In this document: piece by piece, positions 9,584 through 17,555 of the stretch
Layout: the number at the start of each line of letters is the position of its first letter
How positions within the stretch are numbered: the stretch's first letter is position 1
Assembly: GCA_046290465.1 (NCBI GenBank)
Contig: JBKAGP010000001.1
Span: 4,864,001-4,928,000 of the forward strand
Length of the DNA: 64,000 nt
Source of the DNA: Planctomycetota bacterium
GTDB lineage: Bacteria; Planctomycetota; UBA1135; UBA2386
Reading direction: 5' to 3'
Made by a program: the position numbers and the translations under genes
Notes under the pieces: model-generated
What the model saw: only the letters and a program-made list of their open reading frames with translations
Told to the model about the DNA's origin: nothing
The model's database searches: none

Positions 9584-9919
9584 ATGAGTCGAGACGTCGA
9601 GGTCGAGATCACCTACCTGCCAACCGAGCACGGCGGGAGATCGAGCCCAGCTTTCAACGGCTACCGACCGCAGTTCTACTACGCCGGCAACGACTGGGAT
9701 GCGCAGCACGAGTATCCCGACGTGGAGCGAGTAGCGCCGGGCGAGTCGGCCCGTGCATTTCTGAATTTCTTGTCTCCCGCGCAGCACGTCGGACGAGTAG
9801 TCGCCGGCATGCCCTTCTTGATTCGCGAGGGCAACCGAGTTGTTGGCTACGGACGCGTCCGGCGGGTCGTTGACCTCGAGCAGTCCGCGGCACGTGACGA
9901 TCAGCCGCGCAGTGAGTAG
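9584..9919 (+). CDS. Cassette 6: stand-alone EF-Tu C-terminal (domain III)-like protein
   Basis: EHGGRSSPAFNGYRPQFYY...VAPGE...FLIREGNRVVGYGRV aligns by eye with EF-Tu EGGRHTPFFKGYRPQFYF...VMPGD...FAIREGGRTVGAGVV. Confidence 0.85.
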   Translation: MSRDVEVEITYLPTEHGGRSSPAFNGYRPQFYYAGNDWDAQHEYPDVERVAPGESARAFLNFLSPAQHVGRVVAGMPFLIREGNRVVGYGRVRRVVDLEQSAARDDQPRSE

Positions 9920-9922
9920 GCT

Positions 9923-9985
9923 GTCCAACTAGGCGCAGCAGCCGGCGACGCTTCGCGTCGCGGCTGAGCGCCAAAGACGTTGGAC
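9923..9985 (+). repeat. attC site 6 (63 bp)
   Basis: GTCCAAC...GAC-GCTTCGC-GTC...GCCAAAGAC-GTTGGAC. Confidence 0.92.
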
Positions 9986-10010
9986 AGACCGGTCCGGCCA
10001 AGGAGGAGCC

Positions 10011-10262
10011 ATGAGTGTCGATCAGGTTCGAGTCATCATTCGCTTGTTCGCGTTGGCGACGGTCCTGGTTGGAGCGGTCATGACAACCATGACGCTCATC
10101 GGAGTTGTCGCGTGGGGGCAAGCGACGATCTCGGTTAGCGATCAGGAGTGGAGTGGTGCTGGCATGGATGCCTACGCGATAGCTGCACACGCTTCGATCA
10201 TTGCATGGGGTGTCGGGTTTCACCTTGCCAGCGGGCGGCTTGCCAAACTGGTCGTCAAGTAG
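10011..10262 (+). CDS. Cassette 7: small two-TM membrane protein
   Basis: AAGGAGG RBS, 83 aa, two hydrophobic helices. Confidence 0.8.
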   Translation: MSVDQVRVIIRLFALATVLVGAVMTTMTLIGVVAWGQATISVSDQEWSGAGMDAYAIAAHASIIAWGVGFHLASGRLAKLVVK

Positions 10263-10276
10263 CGGAATGGTAGGCT

Positions 10277-10342
10277 GTCCAACAAGGCTCAGCAGCTGAC
10301 GCTCGCTTCGCTCGCGCAGCTGAGAGCCAAGAGACGTTGGTC
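10277..10342 (+). repeat. attC site 7 (66 bp)
   Basis: GTCCAAC...GCTC-GCTTCGC-TCGC...GCCAAGAGAC-GTTGGTC. Confidence 0.9.
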
Positions 10343-10366
10343 GGACGGGGCGGGAGGTTAGACCGA

Positions 10367-11305
10367 GTGACACTTGAGCAGCTGAGAGCCATCGTGGACC
10401 GCATGGAGGCGCGCAAGCAGCGTGCAGCCGCGCGAGTCAATCCGAGTGAGTCGTCACGCATGTGGTTCGCGATGCTCGGGGTTGAGCTTGAGGCGCCTGA
10501 GCTGCAGATTGGCGAGATCGCCACGCTTCGCCGAGTCGAGGAACCGCCCGGCGAGATCGAGCTAGCATCTGCTCTGCAGGATCGCAGCTTGATGAGTGCA
10601 GTCGGTCGCTACTCATCTTCGATTCGCGCCGAGTTGGGAGTCGAGCGGCTGAGGCCCGAGCATCCGCAGAGTGCTCTGACGCTCGGCTGGTGGTTGATCT
10701 CAGCACTTCGCATCAAGACCCTTGGCGACTTCCTGGTTCCGGCAGTTGCAGACCATCCATGGGGCACCATTGCAGGGCTGCCGGAGACGTCTTGTCACGT
10801 GCAGCTTCTTGAGGATGTTCCAAGGAGTCGACGACTTGAGTCAGTGCCAGCAATTGCCAAGTCAGATCTAGACTGGGTTGAGGAGCACCTAGCCTCGCTT
10901 GCCGAGTTGCTCGAGGTTACGCGATTCCGGCTTGCCGTTGAGTGCCTCACCACGCATCAGCACGAGGGCAGCTTGCGGATGACAGCTGCGTCTCTCTGGA
11001 GCGGGATCGAGGCGCTGTTCGGGGTGACGAGTGAGCTACGGTTTCGGTTGGCGTCCCTGGCAGCTGCCTTCTTGGCGCCCAGGGGCGACGCGCGTGTGCA
11101 GCGCTACCGAGAGACCAAGCGTCTGTACGACGTGCGATCCAAGGTCGTGCATGGTGCCGCAATCGAATCCGATGCGGTCACGCAGCACGTCCTACTAGCG
11201 CGCCAACTCTTGGCAGAGCTTCTATCTCGAATGATCGAGGCTGGTCGAGTTCCGGCAGGTGATGATTGGGACGCGATCCTTCACGGTGAGCCGCCGGCCA
11301 ACTAG
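10367..11305 (+). CDS. Cassette 8: HEPN-domain protein (ApeA-like), putative RNase
   Basis: GGGAGG RBS before GTG at 10367. C-terminal LWSGIEALF...ELRFRL...LYDVRSKVVHG carries the HEPN E...RX4H signature. Confidence 0.8.
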   Translation: MTLEQLRAIVDRMEARKQRAAARVNPSESSRMWFAMLGVELEAPELQIGEIATLRRVEEPPGEIELASALQDRSLMSAVGRYSSSIRAELGVERLRPEHPQSALTLGWWLISALRIKTLGDFLVPAVADHPWGTIAGLPETSCHVQLLEDVPRSRRLESVPAIAKSDLDWVEEHLASLAELLEVTRFRLAVECLTTHQHEGSLRMTAASLWSGIEALFGVTSELRFRLASLAAAFLAPRGDARVQRYRETKRLYDVRSKVVHGAAIESDAVTQHVLLARQLLAELLSRMIEAGRVPAGDDWDAILHGEPPAN

Positions 11306-11359
11306 GCTCAGGAGCTGACGGCGCTACGCGCCGCAGCTCAGAGCCCAAAGACGTTGGGC
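11296..11359 (+). repeat. attC site 8 (64 bp)
   Basis: GGCCAAC...GGC-GCTACGC-GCC...GCCCAAAGAC-GTTGGGC. Confidence 0.92.
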
Positions 11360-11460
11360 AGACGTGTGCGATTCTGCATTCTGGGGCTACCCCTGGAGGC
11401 GCTCGCCCGACCTGAGTGTGCGGGTTTGCCTCCGGATGTCGGACGCGCTTTGATGACGAC

Positions 11461-12258
11461 ATGAGTGAGAAGAGTGCAGAGTCGTCGGGCGTTAATCCCG
11501 GAGAGCCCGATGCCGGGAAAGGCGATCTGACCTCGAAGCTCTTTGGCGTCACCTTGTTGCCCGCGCTCTCGAAGTTGCTCAATCCATCGGCCGAGTTACT
11601 TGGGGCGGAGCTGCGTGCGTCCATTCAGGAGAAGCTGGCGGATTGGAAGGAGCGCGCTCGAGCGCGAAACTTGGCGGGCAACATCCGCATGGCATCGGAG
11701 CGCCTGAAGCGCGAAGACTCCTCAGGCAAGGCTGGCAGCGTTGAAGGCGCCACAGCCTTCGAAGAGTGGTGCGAATGCGCATCCGAGGTCGACCCCGAGT
11801 CGGAGCTCGGCCGAGTATGGCAGGAGATTCTGGTCGACATCGCATTGGGTCGTACGTGGGCGCGGCACCACGTCGATGTGCTGAAGCGGCTGAGCGCCTT
11901 CGAAGCAGAATCGCTCATTCGTCTTGTTGAGACAGGGGGACTCAAGCAGAGGGCTGAGAATGCTGCCATGTTCGCGAAGCTGCGGGAGTTGGGCCTTGCG
12001 AAGAGATTCACGGTGCTGACCGACCTGAAGTTGCTAGGTCTGCTGATAGGTGGCGCGCTGGCCCTATCTCTTGCTACCGCTACGACCTTCGGAATACCGA
12101 GTCTCTGGGAAATGTCGGAGCGCACTAAGCGTTTCTATGGACGGTGTTTACTGGTGGCGTGGGCATTCGTCGGCTACTGTGTGACGCGCTGGCAATACAT
12201 GGGTCACAGGCCCACCCGACTTGCCATTCGCCTAGTGGGTAAGGCGCGGCGTTCATGA
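11461..12258 (+). CDS. Cassette 9: Abi-alpha/DUF4393-like protein with C-terminal TM helices
   Basis: ASEVDPESELGRVWQEIL...HHVDVLKRLSAFEAESL resembles the Abi-alpha pattern (WAxLL...Hxxxx.LKxLS..EA..L). Two hydrophobic segments lie at the C-terminus. Confidence 0.6.
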   Translation: MSEKSAESSGVNPGEPDAGKGDLTSKLFGVTLLPALSKLLNPSAELLGAELRASIQEKLADWKERARARNLAGNIRMASERLKREDSSGKAGSVEGATAFEEWCECASEVDPESELGRVWQEILVDIALGRTWARHHVDVLKRLSAFEAESLIRLVETGGLKQRAENAAMFAKLRELGLAKRFTVLTDLKLLGLLIGGALALSLATATTFGIPSLWEMSERTKRFYGRCLLVAWAFVGYCVTRWQYMGHRPTRLAIRLVGKARRS

Positions 12259-12303
12259 GCGACCTTGCGGAGTATTGTGGAGCGCATTGTTGGTATCGTC
12301 GCT

Positions 12304-12367
12304 GCCCAACTAGTCGCTGCAGCTGACGACGCTTCGCGTCGCAGCTGATGGGCCATAGACGTTGTGC
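12304..12367 (+). repeat. attC site 9 (64 bp)
   Basis: GCCCAAC...GAC-GCTTCGC-GTC...GGCCATAGAC-GTTGTGC. Confidence 0.9.
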
Positions 12368-12375
12368 ATCGAGCG

Positions 12376-12401
12376 GCAGCTGTGAGGTCAGGACGTTGGG
12401 C
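12376..12401 (+). repeat. Orphan right half of an attC (collapsed cassette remnant)
   Basis: GCA-GCTGTGA-GGTCAGGAC-GTTGGGC has the L'-spacer-R' layout. Its GTT is only 34 bp after the attC9 crossover, and there is no left arm. Confidence 0.6.
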
Positions 12402-12414
12402 CGGCGATGACAGT

Positions 12415-12975
12415 TTGCCTTTGATCGACGCACACACAGAGTTCGGCCGAGCCGTCATGGAGACGGTTGCATGGTGTCGGGCGCGCTTCGATGTCGGGGC
12501 CGCGGCCCAGTCGTTGCGATCGCCGGGCCTTCGGCCCGCGCACCACATCGTCGAGTTCGGCGAGGTCGACACCGCTTCGGTGGTGCGCTCGGTCGTTGTC
12601 CGTCGATCAGAGGAGCTGCGACGTTCGGGGTTTGGAGGCCAGGTTTCTTGCTCGGGCGGGCCTTCGCTTGACGGCGGGCGCCTGCTTGCGATGCATCCCT
12701 CCCGGAGCCTGTCTCACGGGTTGTCGGTCGCGCCGACGCGTGGCTTCCTCGACGAAGACGAAGTGCCAGCTTGGGACTCCTGGGTGTGGTTCACGGGCGG
12801 ATGTCTGATCTCGTGGGTGCCTCGTGACCTTGTGTCTGGCGTGCAGGATGCCATCGACTGCAATGCAGAGGAGTCGATCGCCTGGGTGTCTGGATGGCCC
12901 ACAGGTGTCGAGCCGCCAGCAACCGTCGACCCGCGCGTGCCAGCCCGACGGCGGCCGTGGTGGATGTTCTGGTAG
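12415..12975 (+). CDS. Terminal cassette: hypothetical protein ending in RRRPWWMFW
   Basis: ORF in the frame of 12364..12975. The start must follow the crossover at 12395 (TTG at 12415 or 12421, or ATG at 12457). Confidence 0.65.
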   Translation: MPLIDAHTEFGRAVMETVAWCRARFDVGAAAQSLRSPGLRPAHHIVEFGEVDTASVVRSVVVRRSEELRRSGFGGQVSCSGGPSLDGGRLLAMHPSRSLSHGLSVAPTRGFLDEDEVPAWDSWVWFTGGCLISWVPRDLVSGVQDAIDCNAEESIAWVSGWPTGVEPPATVDPRVPARRRPWWMFW

Positions 12976-12998
12976 GGGAGGCAAGGTCTCGTCGAGCC

Positions 12999-13055
12999 GG
13001 CCGACCCGGTGCGGGTGCTGACGGCGCTTGGCGCGCGCGCCACCGGCATGGAGGC
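12999..13055 (+). repeat. Degenerate terminal attC
   Basis: GGCCGAC-CCGGT-GCGGGTGC-TGAC-GGC-GCTTGGC-GC keeps the left-arm spacing of the family. GCCGGCCGAC nearly complements the cassette start GTTGGGCCGGC. No R' GTT survives. Confidence 0.5.
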
Positions 13056-13164
13056 AGGCGGGGCCGCCGGGGTTTTCGCTAGGCAGCGGGCCTCGCTCGG
13101 CCCCGCAGTTGCGCCGACCGTTCCTTGGTGGTCTCGATGCTCGTCGCTCGGTTAGAAGGGCTGC

Positions 13165-13542
13165 ATGACAGATCCAGCAGATGCCTTCCCCGATGACGAA
13201 GATGGCGCCGTGCTCGCCTCGCTGGCCGAGGCCGGTGTCGACCTGAGCAAGCCGATCGAGCTCGAGTTCGTCATCGACGCGCCCGACGAGGCTGCGGCCA
13301 ACCAGATCGCCGCGGCCGTGCGCGCTGCCGGCCACGAGTGTCAGGTCGAGTACGACGAGGGGGAGCCGGACGAGGACGACGAGGCCGATTCCGGCGACGA
13401 GGAGTTCGGCCCGTCGTGGGCGGTCTACGTGAGCCTTGAGGCGGTGGCGGAGCACGCCCGGATCGTGCAGCTGCAGCAGATGTTCACCCAGCTGGCGGAG
13501 CCTCACGGCGGCGCCTGCGACGGCTGGGGTGCGATGGCCTGA
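13165..13542 (+). CDS. RraB-like (ribonuclease E inhibitor RraB domain) acidic protein
   Basis: DGAVLASLAEAGVDLSKPIELEF...LAEPHGGACDGWG; very acidic. Confidence 0.8.
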   Translation: MTDPADAFPDDEDGAVLASLAEAGVDLSKPIELEFVIDAPDEAAANQIAAAVRAAGHECQVEYDEGEPDEDDEADSGDEEFGPSWAVYVSLEAVAEHARIVQLQQMFTQLAEPHGGACDGWGAMA

Positions 13543-13783
13543 GCCGCGGCGTAGCGCTGGAAGGCGGCGTGTCTTGGCGGGGCAGGGCGTCCAGGCAGGG
13601 CAGGGCGTCTCGGTGCGTCACGCGGGAGTAGAAAAATACGTGGAATCGACACTGTAGGAACCCTGAGGGTTACCCAGACGAGGTGTATTGCATACACTCG
13701 ACCAGGATCCGACGGGGAAGGAAGTGTCGTTGGCAGCCAGCGGCCGCTCCGCCGGAGCATTCGGAAACGAAGGAGGATCCGAA

Positions 13784-14377
13784 ATGATCTGGAAGACTCT
13801 CGCTCTGCTGGTCGCGCTCGCCGCGCCCGCACTCGCCGCCAACCACGAAGCGTCCGCCAAGCCGGACCTGATCGTCAACGTCTTCAGCCTCGCGAGCTGC
13901 AAGTGCATCGCGCAGGAGAACATCAACGTGACGTGGGCCTCGGGCCTCTGCACCAGCCAGCAGAACCCGTTCATGCAGCACGAGTGCTTCGTCAAGACCG
14001 AGGTGCCACACCACCCGGCGCCGGCCGAGCCGAACGGCTACTGCCACATCGAGCCGACCTGCCCCGACTCGGCGGCTCCGTGCCAGTTCCGCGGCTACCA
14101 GGTGACCATCAAGCGGCGCTGGTGCCTTGCCAACGACTGCTGCAGCGGTGGTGCGCGGGTCTCGCTCGACGGCGTTGCGCAGGGCGGCCTGCCCGCCGGT
14201 GGCGGCATGGTCGGCCCGATCATCTGTGATCCGGGCGCGCTCGCGTGCGGCAAGGACGTGACGAAGAAGATCAAGGTCTCCTGCGGTGGCGCGATCGTGT
14301 TCCGCGTCGAGGCGTCGTTCGTCTGCAACCCGTGCACGGTCATCTCCGAGGCGCAGGCCGTCGGCGTCGGCAACTAG
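13784..14377 (+). CDS. Secreted cysteine-rich hypothetical protein
   Basis: AAGGAGG RBS, signal peptide MIWKTLALLVALAAPALA, 15 Cys in 197 aa. Confidence 0.75.
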   Translation: MIWKTLALLVALAAPALAANHEASAKPDLIVNVFSLASCKCIAQENINVTWASGLCTSQQNPFMQHECFVKTEVPHHPAPAEPNGYCHIEPTCPDSAAPCQFRGYQVTIKRRWCLANDCCSGGARVSLDGVAQGGLPAGGGMVGPIICDPGALACGKDVTKKIKVSCGGAIVFRVEASFVCNPCTVISEAQAVGVGN

Positions 14378-14393
14378 CACGAGGAGCCACACG

Positions 14394-15233
14394 ATGAACC
14401 GCCGCACCATGGTCGCGACCGCACTGGCGGTCGCCGTCATCGCTGCCGTCGTGTGGGGCGTGGACTGGGGTGGGCGTGAGCCCGCTCCGGTCGACGTGCC
14501 ACCTGCGGTGCCCGAAGTCGACCTGGAACAGAAGCAGGTCTGGATGGACCGGCTCGAAGAGGCCGGTTCGGTGGTGTTCCGGGAGCAGGCCGGGACCAGG
14601 TCTCCGTCCGACGAGCTGGCGTCGGTCACGGTGACGACCTTCGGTCCGCTGGGGCCCGACGCCCTCGCCCTCGCCACTGAGGACCTGTCGTCCCAGCTGG
14701 TCCACCTGCAGGCGAAGATCGATGCCGTGCCCGGCAGCTCGGCCGAAGCCAAGGGGCGGACCGGCGAGTTGCGGCTGGCGCTCGATGCCGCGCAGTTCTT
14801 GCTGGCCAAGGCGCGGATCGAGTTGGTCGTCGACATGCTCGGGCGCGGCGACTACGCGACGATCGCCGTCGATGCGCCACGCCCTCCGGAAGTGGACGGC
14901 TTCGACCGCGTGATCCACGGACCGGTGCCCGGTCCCGATGGCAAGAGCTGCGAGCTGGTGTTCTTCGTCGACCAGAACAATGCCCGCTTCACCGAGGCGT
15001 CGGAGTATCGCGCTGCCATCTACTGGGAGTACTGGCGCGCCTTCGTCGACGACTTCAACCAGCGATCGATCGAGGATCGCAAGGCGCGCATCGCGCTGCA
15101 CGACCGCGCCCAGGAACAGCGTTCGGGCGGAACGGTCGAGGAGGAGATGACGCCCGAAGAGCTGCAGGCCGCGGTGCTGGTCGGCCCGCTGACCGTCGAT
15201 CGGGTGCAGCACCTGTTGGGCCTGCGCCGCTAG
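14394..15233 (+). CDS. Hypothetical protein with N-terminal signal/anchor
   Basis: GAGGAG RBS, MNRRTMVATALAVAVIAAVVW; 16 bp downstream of the previous gene. Confidence 0.7.
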   Translation: MNRRTMVATALAVAVIAAVVWGVDWGGREPAPVDVPPAVPEVDLEQKQVWMDRLEEAGSVVFREQAGTRSPSDELASVTVTTFGPLGPDALALATEDLSSQLVHLQAKIDAVPGSSAEAKGRTGELRLALDAAQFLLAKARIELVVDMLGRGDYATIAVDAPRPPEVDGFDRVIHGPVPGPDGKSCELVFFVDQNNARFTEASEYRAAIYWEYWRAFVDDFNQRSIEDRKARIALHDRAQEQRSGGTVEEEMTPEELQAAVLVGPLTVDRVQHLLGLRR

Positions 15234-15235
15234 CG

Positions 15236-16204
15236 TCAGCGCCCGGTCGCGCCGGCCGGCTTCTTCTTGCCCTTCTTCTTCGCCGCCTTCGCTTCGTCGT
15301 CGGCGATCTTCTTCAGGACCTCGTCGGCCCACTCCCGGTTCGCCATCGGGAAGCCGAGGCGGGCGCGGCTTTCGAGGTAGCTCTTGGCGACGGCGCGCGC
15401 GAGGTTGCGGATGCGGCCGATGTAGGCGGCGCGCTCGGTGACGCTGATCGCGCCCCGGGCGTCGAGCAGGTTGAACGTGTGGCCAGCCTTCAGCAGCTGC
15501 TCGTAGGCAGGCAGCGCCAGCTGCTGCTCCATCAGGTGGTTGGACGTCTTCTCGTGTGCGTCGAACGCCTGCAGCAGGAAGTCGACGTCGCTGTGTTCGA
15601 AGTTGTAGGTGCTCTGCTCGACCTCGTTCTGGTGGAACACGTCGCCGTATTTCAAACCGTCGGCATACGTAAGGTCGAACACGTTCTCGACTCCCTGCAG
15701 ATACATGCAGAGGCGCTCGAGGCCATACGTGATCTCGCCGGTGATCGGGCGGCAGTCGATGCCGCCGACCTGCTGGAAGTAGGTGAACTGCGTCACCTCC
15801 ATGCCGTTGAGCCAGACCTCCCAGCCGAGTCCCCAGCAGCCGAGCGTCGGGTTCTCCCAGTCGTCCTCGACGAACCGCACGTCGTTCTTGTTGAGGTCGA
15901 ACCCGACCGCCTTCAGCGAGCCGAGGTAGAGGTCGAGGATGTCCTCGGGCGCCGGCTTCAGCACCACCTGATACTGGTAGTAGTGCTGCAGGCGGTTGGG
16001 GTTGTCGCCGTAGCGGCCGTCCTTCGGCCGGCGGCTCGGCTGCACGTAGGCGGCCTTCCACGGCTCGGGGCCGATCGCGCGCAGGAACGTCGCCGTGTGG
16101 CTGGTGCCGGCGCCGACCTCCATGTCGTACGGCTGCAAGAGGGCGCAGCCCTGGGCGTCCCAGTACTCCTGGAGGCGGAGGATCAGTTGCTGGAAGGTCA
16201 GCAT
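15236..16204 (-). CDS. glyQ: Glycine--tRNA ligase alpha subunit
   Basis: Motifs [57 protein letters not shown]. Confidence 0.97.
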   Translation of the reverse strand: MLTFQQLILRLQEYWDAQGCALLQPYDMEVGAGTSHTATFLRAIGPEPWKAAYVQPSRRPKDGRYGDNPNRLQHYYQYQVVLKPAPEDILDLYLGSLKAVGFDLNKNDVRFVEDDWENPTLGCWGLGWEVWLNGMEVTQFTYFQQVGGIDCRPITGEITYGLERLCMYLQGVENVFDLTYADGLKYGDVFHQNEVEQSTYNFEHSDVDFLLQAFDAHEKTSNHLMEQQLALPAYEQLLKAGHTFNLLDARGAISVTERAAYIGRIRNLARAVAKSYLESRARLGFPMANREWADEVLKKIADDEAKAAKKKGKKKPAGATGR

Positions 16205-16397
16205 GGCGGGCGAAGATCCTAGGCCGGTTGGCCGCGAGTGCCAGCAATCGCCCGGAACCGTTACCTTCGGGGCCGCGTCCGGCTAGCCCGTCTTGATGGA
16301 GTGGAGACGCCGAGTGCCTGCCCGGCTCGTTGCGCGAGGAATCTCGGGCAACGGGGTTCGCCCGGTCGTCCCGCATGTGCCCTGGGAGAAGCGACCG

Positions 16398-17555
16398 ATG
16401 ACCCCTTGCCTGTTCGTGGCGGCCTTCGTGGCCGCGTTCGTGGCTGCGCCGCGGCCCGAGATGCTGCCGCACCCGACGGTCTACCAGATGGCCAACCGGT
16501 CACGCGCCGTCGTCGAAGGGACCGCCGACGAACGTGGCGTGGTGCGCATCACGCGGCGCTACTTCGTGCATGCGGACGAGCAGATCGGGGCGTCGATCCG
16601 GGTGCCCTCGCTGGTCGGCATGCCGAAGCGGGAACAGAACCTCGGCGGCGTCGCCGGCGACCCGATCCGGCCCGACTCGGTGCTGCTGTTCCTCGCCCGG
16701 CGATCGCACGACGACGTCTGGGAGCCGATCCACCACGTCGGCGACGCGGCGCGCGGCGTCGTGTGGCTGGAGGGTGATGCGGCCTGGGGCTACGCGCAGT
16801 GGATCAACCCGGGGCCGTACCAGCTGTGGCGCTGGGAGATCCAGGACGGCAAGCAGTCGGTTCGCGCCAATCCGAAGGAACTGCGCCAGATCGTCGACCG
16901 TGCGCTCGCCGCGCGCGCCCGCTGGCGTGCTGCGCTCGAGATCGAGGATCCCGACCGGCGCGCCGCCGAACTCGCGAAGTGGTTCTCGCCGTCGACGTCC
17001 CCGGACGGCAAGTGGTGGAGTGGCCGCGTCTGGCCGGACCTGCTGCAGGCGAGCGACGCGCTCGGCGCCCGCATGGCCCGGCCACTCGGGCGCATCGTGC
17101 AGGTGGACGCCGATCCGCAGGCGGTCGCGACCGCGGCCGATGCGCTGGGTCGCCTGGGGGCGCGGGGTCGCGCCGCGACGCCGAGCCTGATCGCGCGGTT
17201 GCGCGACCTGCGCGGCGCGCAGCCGATCTTCCTGGTGCGTTCGCTGCACCGCCTGGCCGACCCGCGGGCGGCGGACGTGCTGCGCGACCTGATGCGGCAT
17301 GAGGACCTGTTCGTCGTCGCCGAAGCGGCCGCGGCGCTGCAGGCGGCCGGCGCCGATGGCGTCGCGCCGCTGCTTCTAGAACGGTTCCCCAGGGCGATCA
17401 CGACGCCGGTCGAGCGCGGCGCGGTCGCGACGATGCTCGGCGTGCTGCGCGACCTGGACGAGGGCGAGGCCGAGCGGCTGGTGCTCGAGCGCTACCGCGA
17501 CGACGAGCAGCTGATGATGCAGCGCCCGTGGCTGCGTCGCCTGCGTCGCTCCTGA
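16398..17555 (+). CDS. Hypothetical secreted protein with HEAT-like repeats
   Basis: GGAG RBS, hydrophobic N-terminus, C-terminal AADALGRLG / LRDLMRHED..VVAEAAAAL helical repeats. Confidence 0.65.
   Translation: MTPCLFVAAFVAAFVAAPRPEMLPHPTVYQMANRSRAVVEGTADERGVVRITRRYFVHADEQIGASIRVPSLVGMPKREQNLGGVAGDPIRPDSVLLFLARRSHDDVWEPIHHVGDAARGVVWLEGDAAWGYAQWINPGPYQLWRWEIQDGKQSVRANPKELRQIVDRALAARARWRAALEIEDPDRRAAELAKWFSPSTSPDGKWWSGRVWPDLLQASDALGARMARPLGRIVQVDADPQAVATAADALGRLGARGRAATPSLIARLRDLRGAQPIFLVRSLHRLADPRAADVLRDLMRHEDLFVVAEAAAALQAAGADGVAPLLLERFPRAITTPVERGAVATMLGVLRDLDEGEAERLVLERYRDDEQLMMQRPWLRRLRRS

Larger units (their letters stand above)
6005..13060 (+). mobile_element. Integron gene-cassette array lacking an intact integrase in this window (CALIN-type)
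   Basis: Nine intact attC sites separate single ORFs or ORF-less units, all on the + strand. Each cassette's opening GTTnnnn matches the reverse complement of its own closing nnnnAAC. Codon usage is visibly more A/T-ending than in the flanks. Confidence 0.95.

Noticed and set aside
9584..9919. A true tuf gene or tuf pseudogene
   Set aside because: There is no GTPase domain or domain II upstream. The ORF is intact, diverged and bounded by attC sites.
7364..12367. Repeats as a CRISPR array or REP elements
   Set aside because: The spacing is gene-sized (0.3-1.4 kb), and the repeats have RYYYAAC/GTTRRRY-type ends with cassette-specific complementarity. They are attC sites.
13579..13610. GGGCAGGGCGTC direct repeat
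   Set aside because: Only 12 bp x2 in GC-rich DNA; there is no supporting structure.
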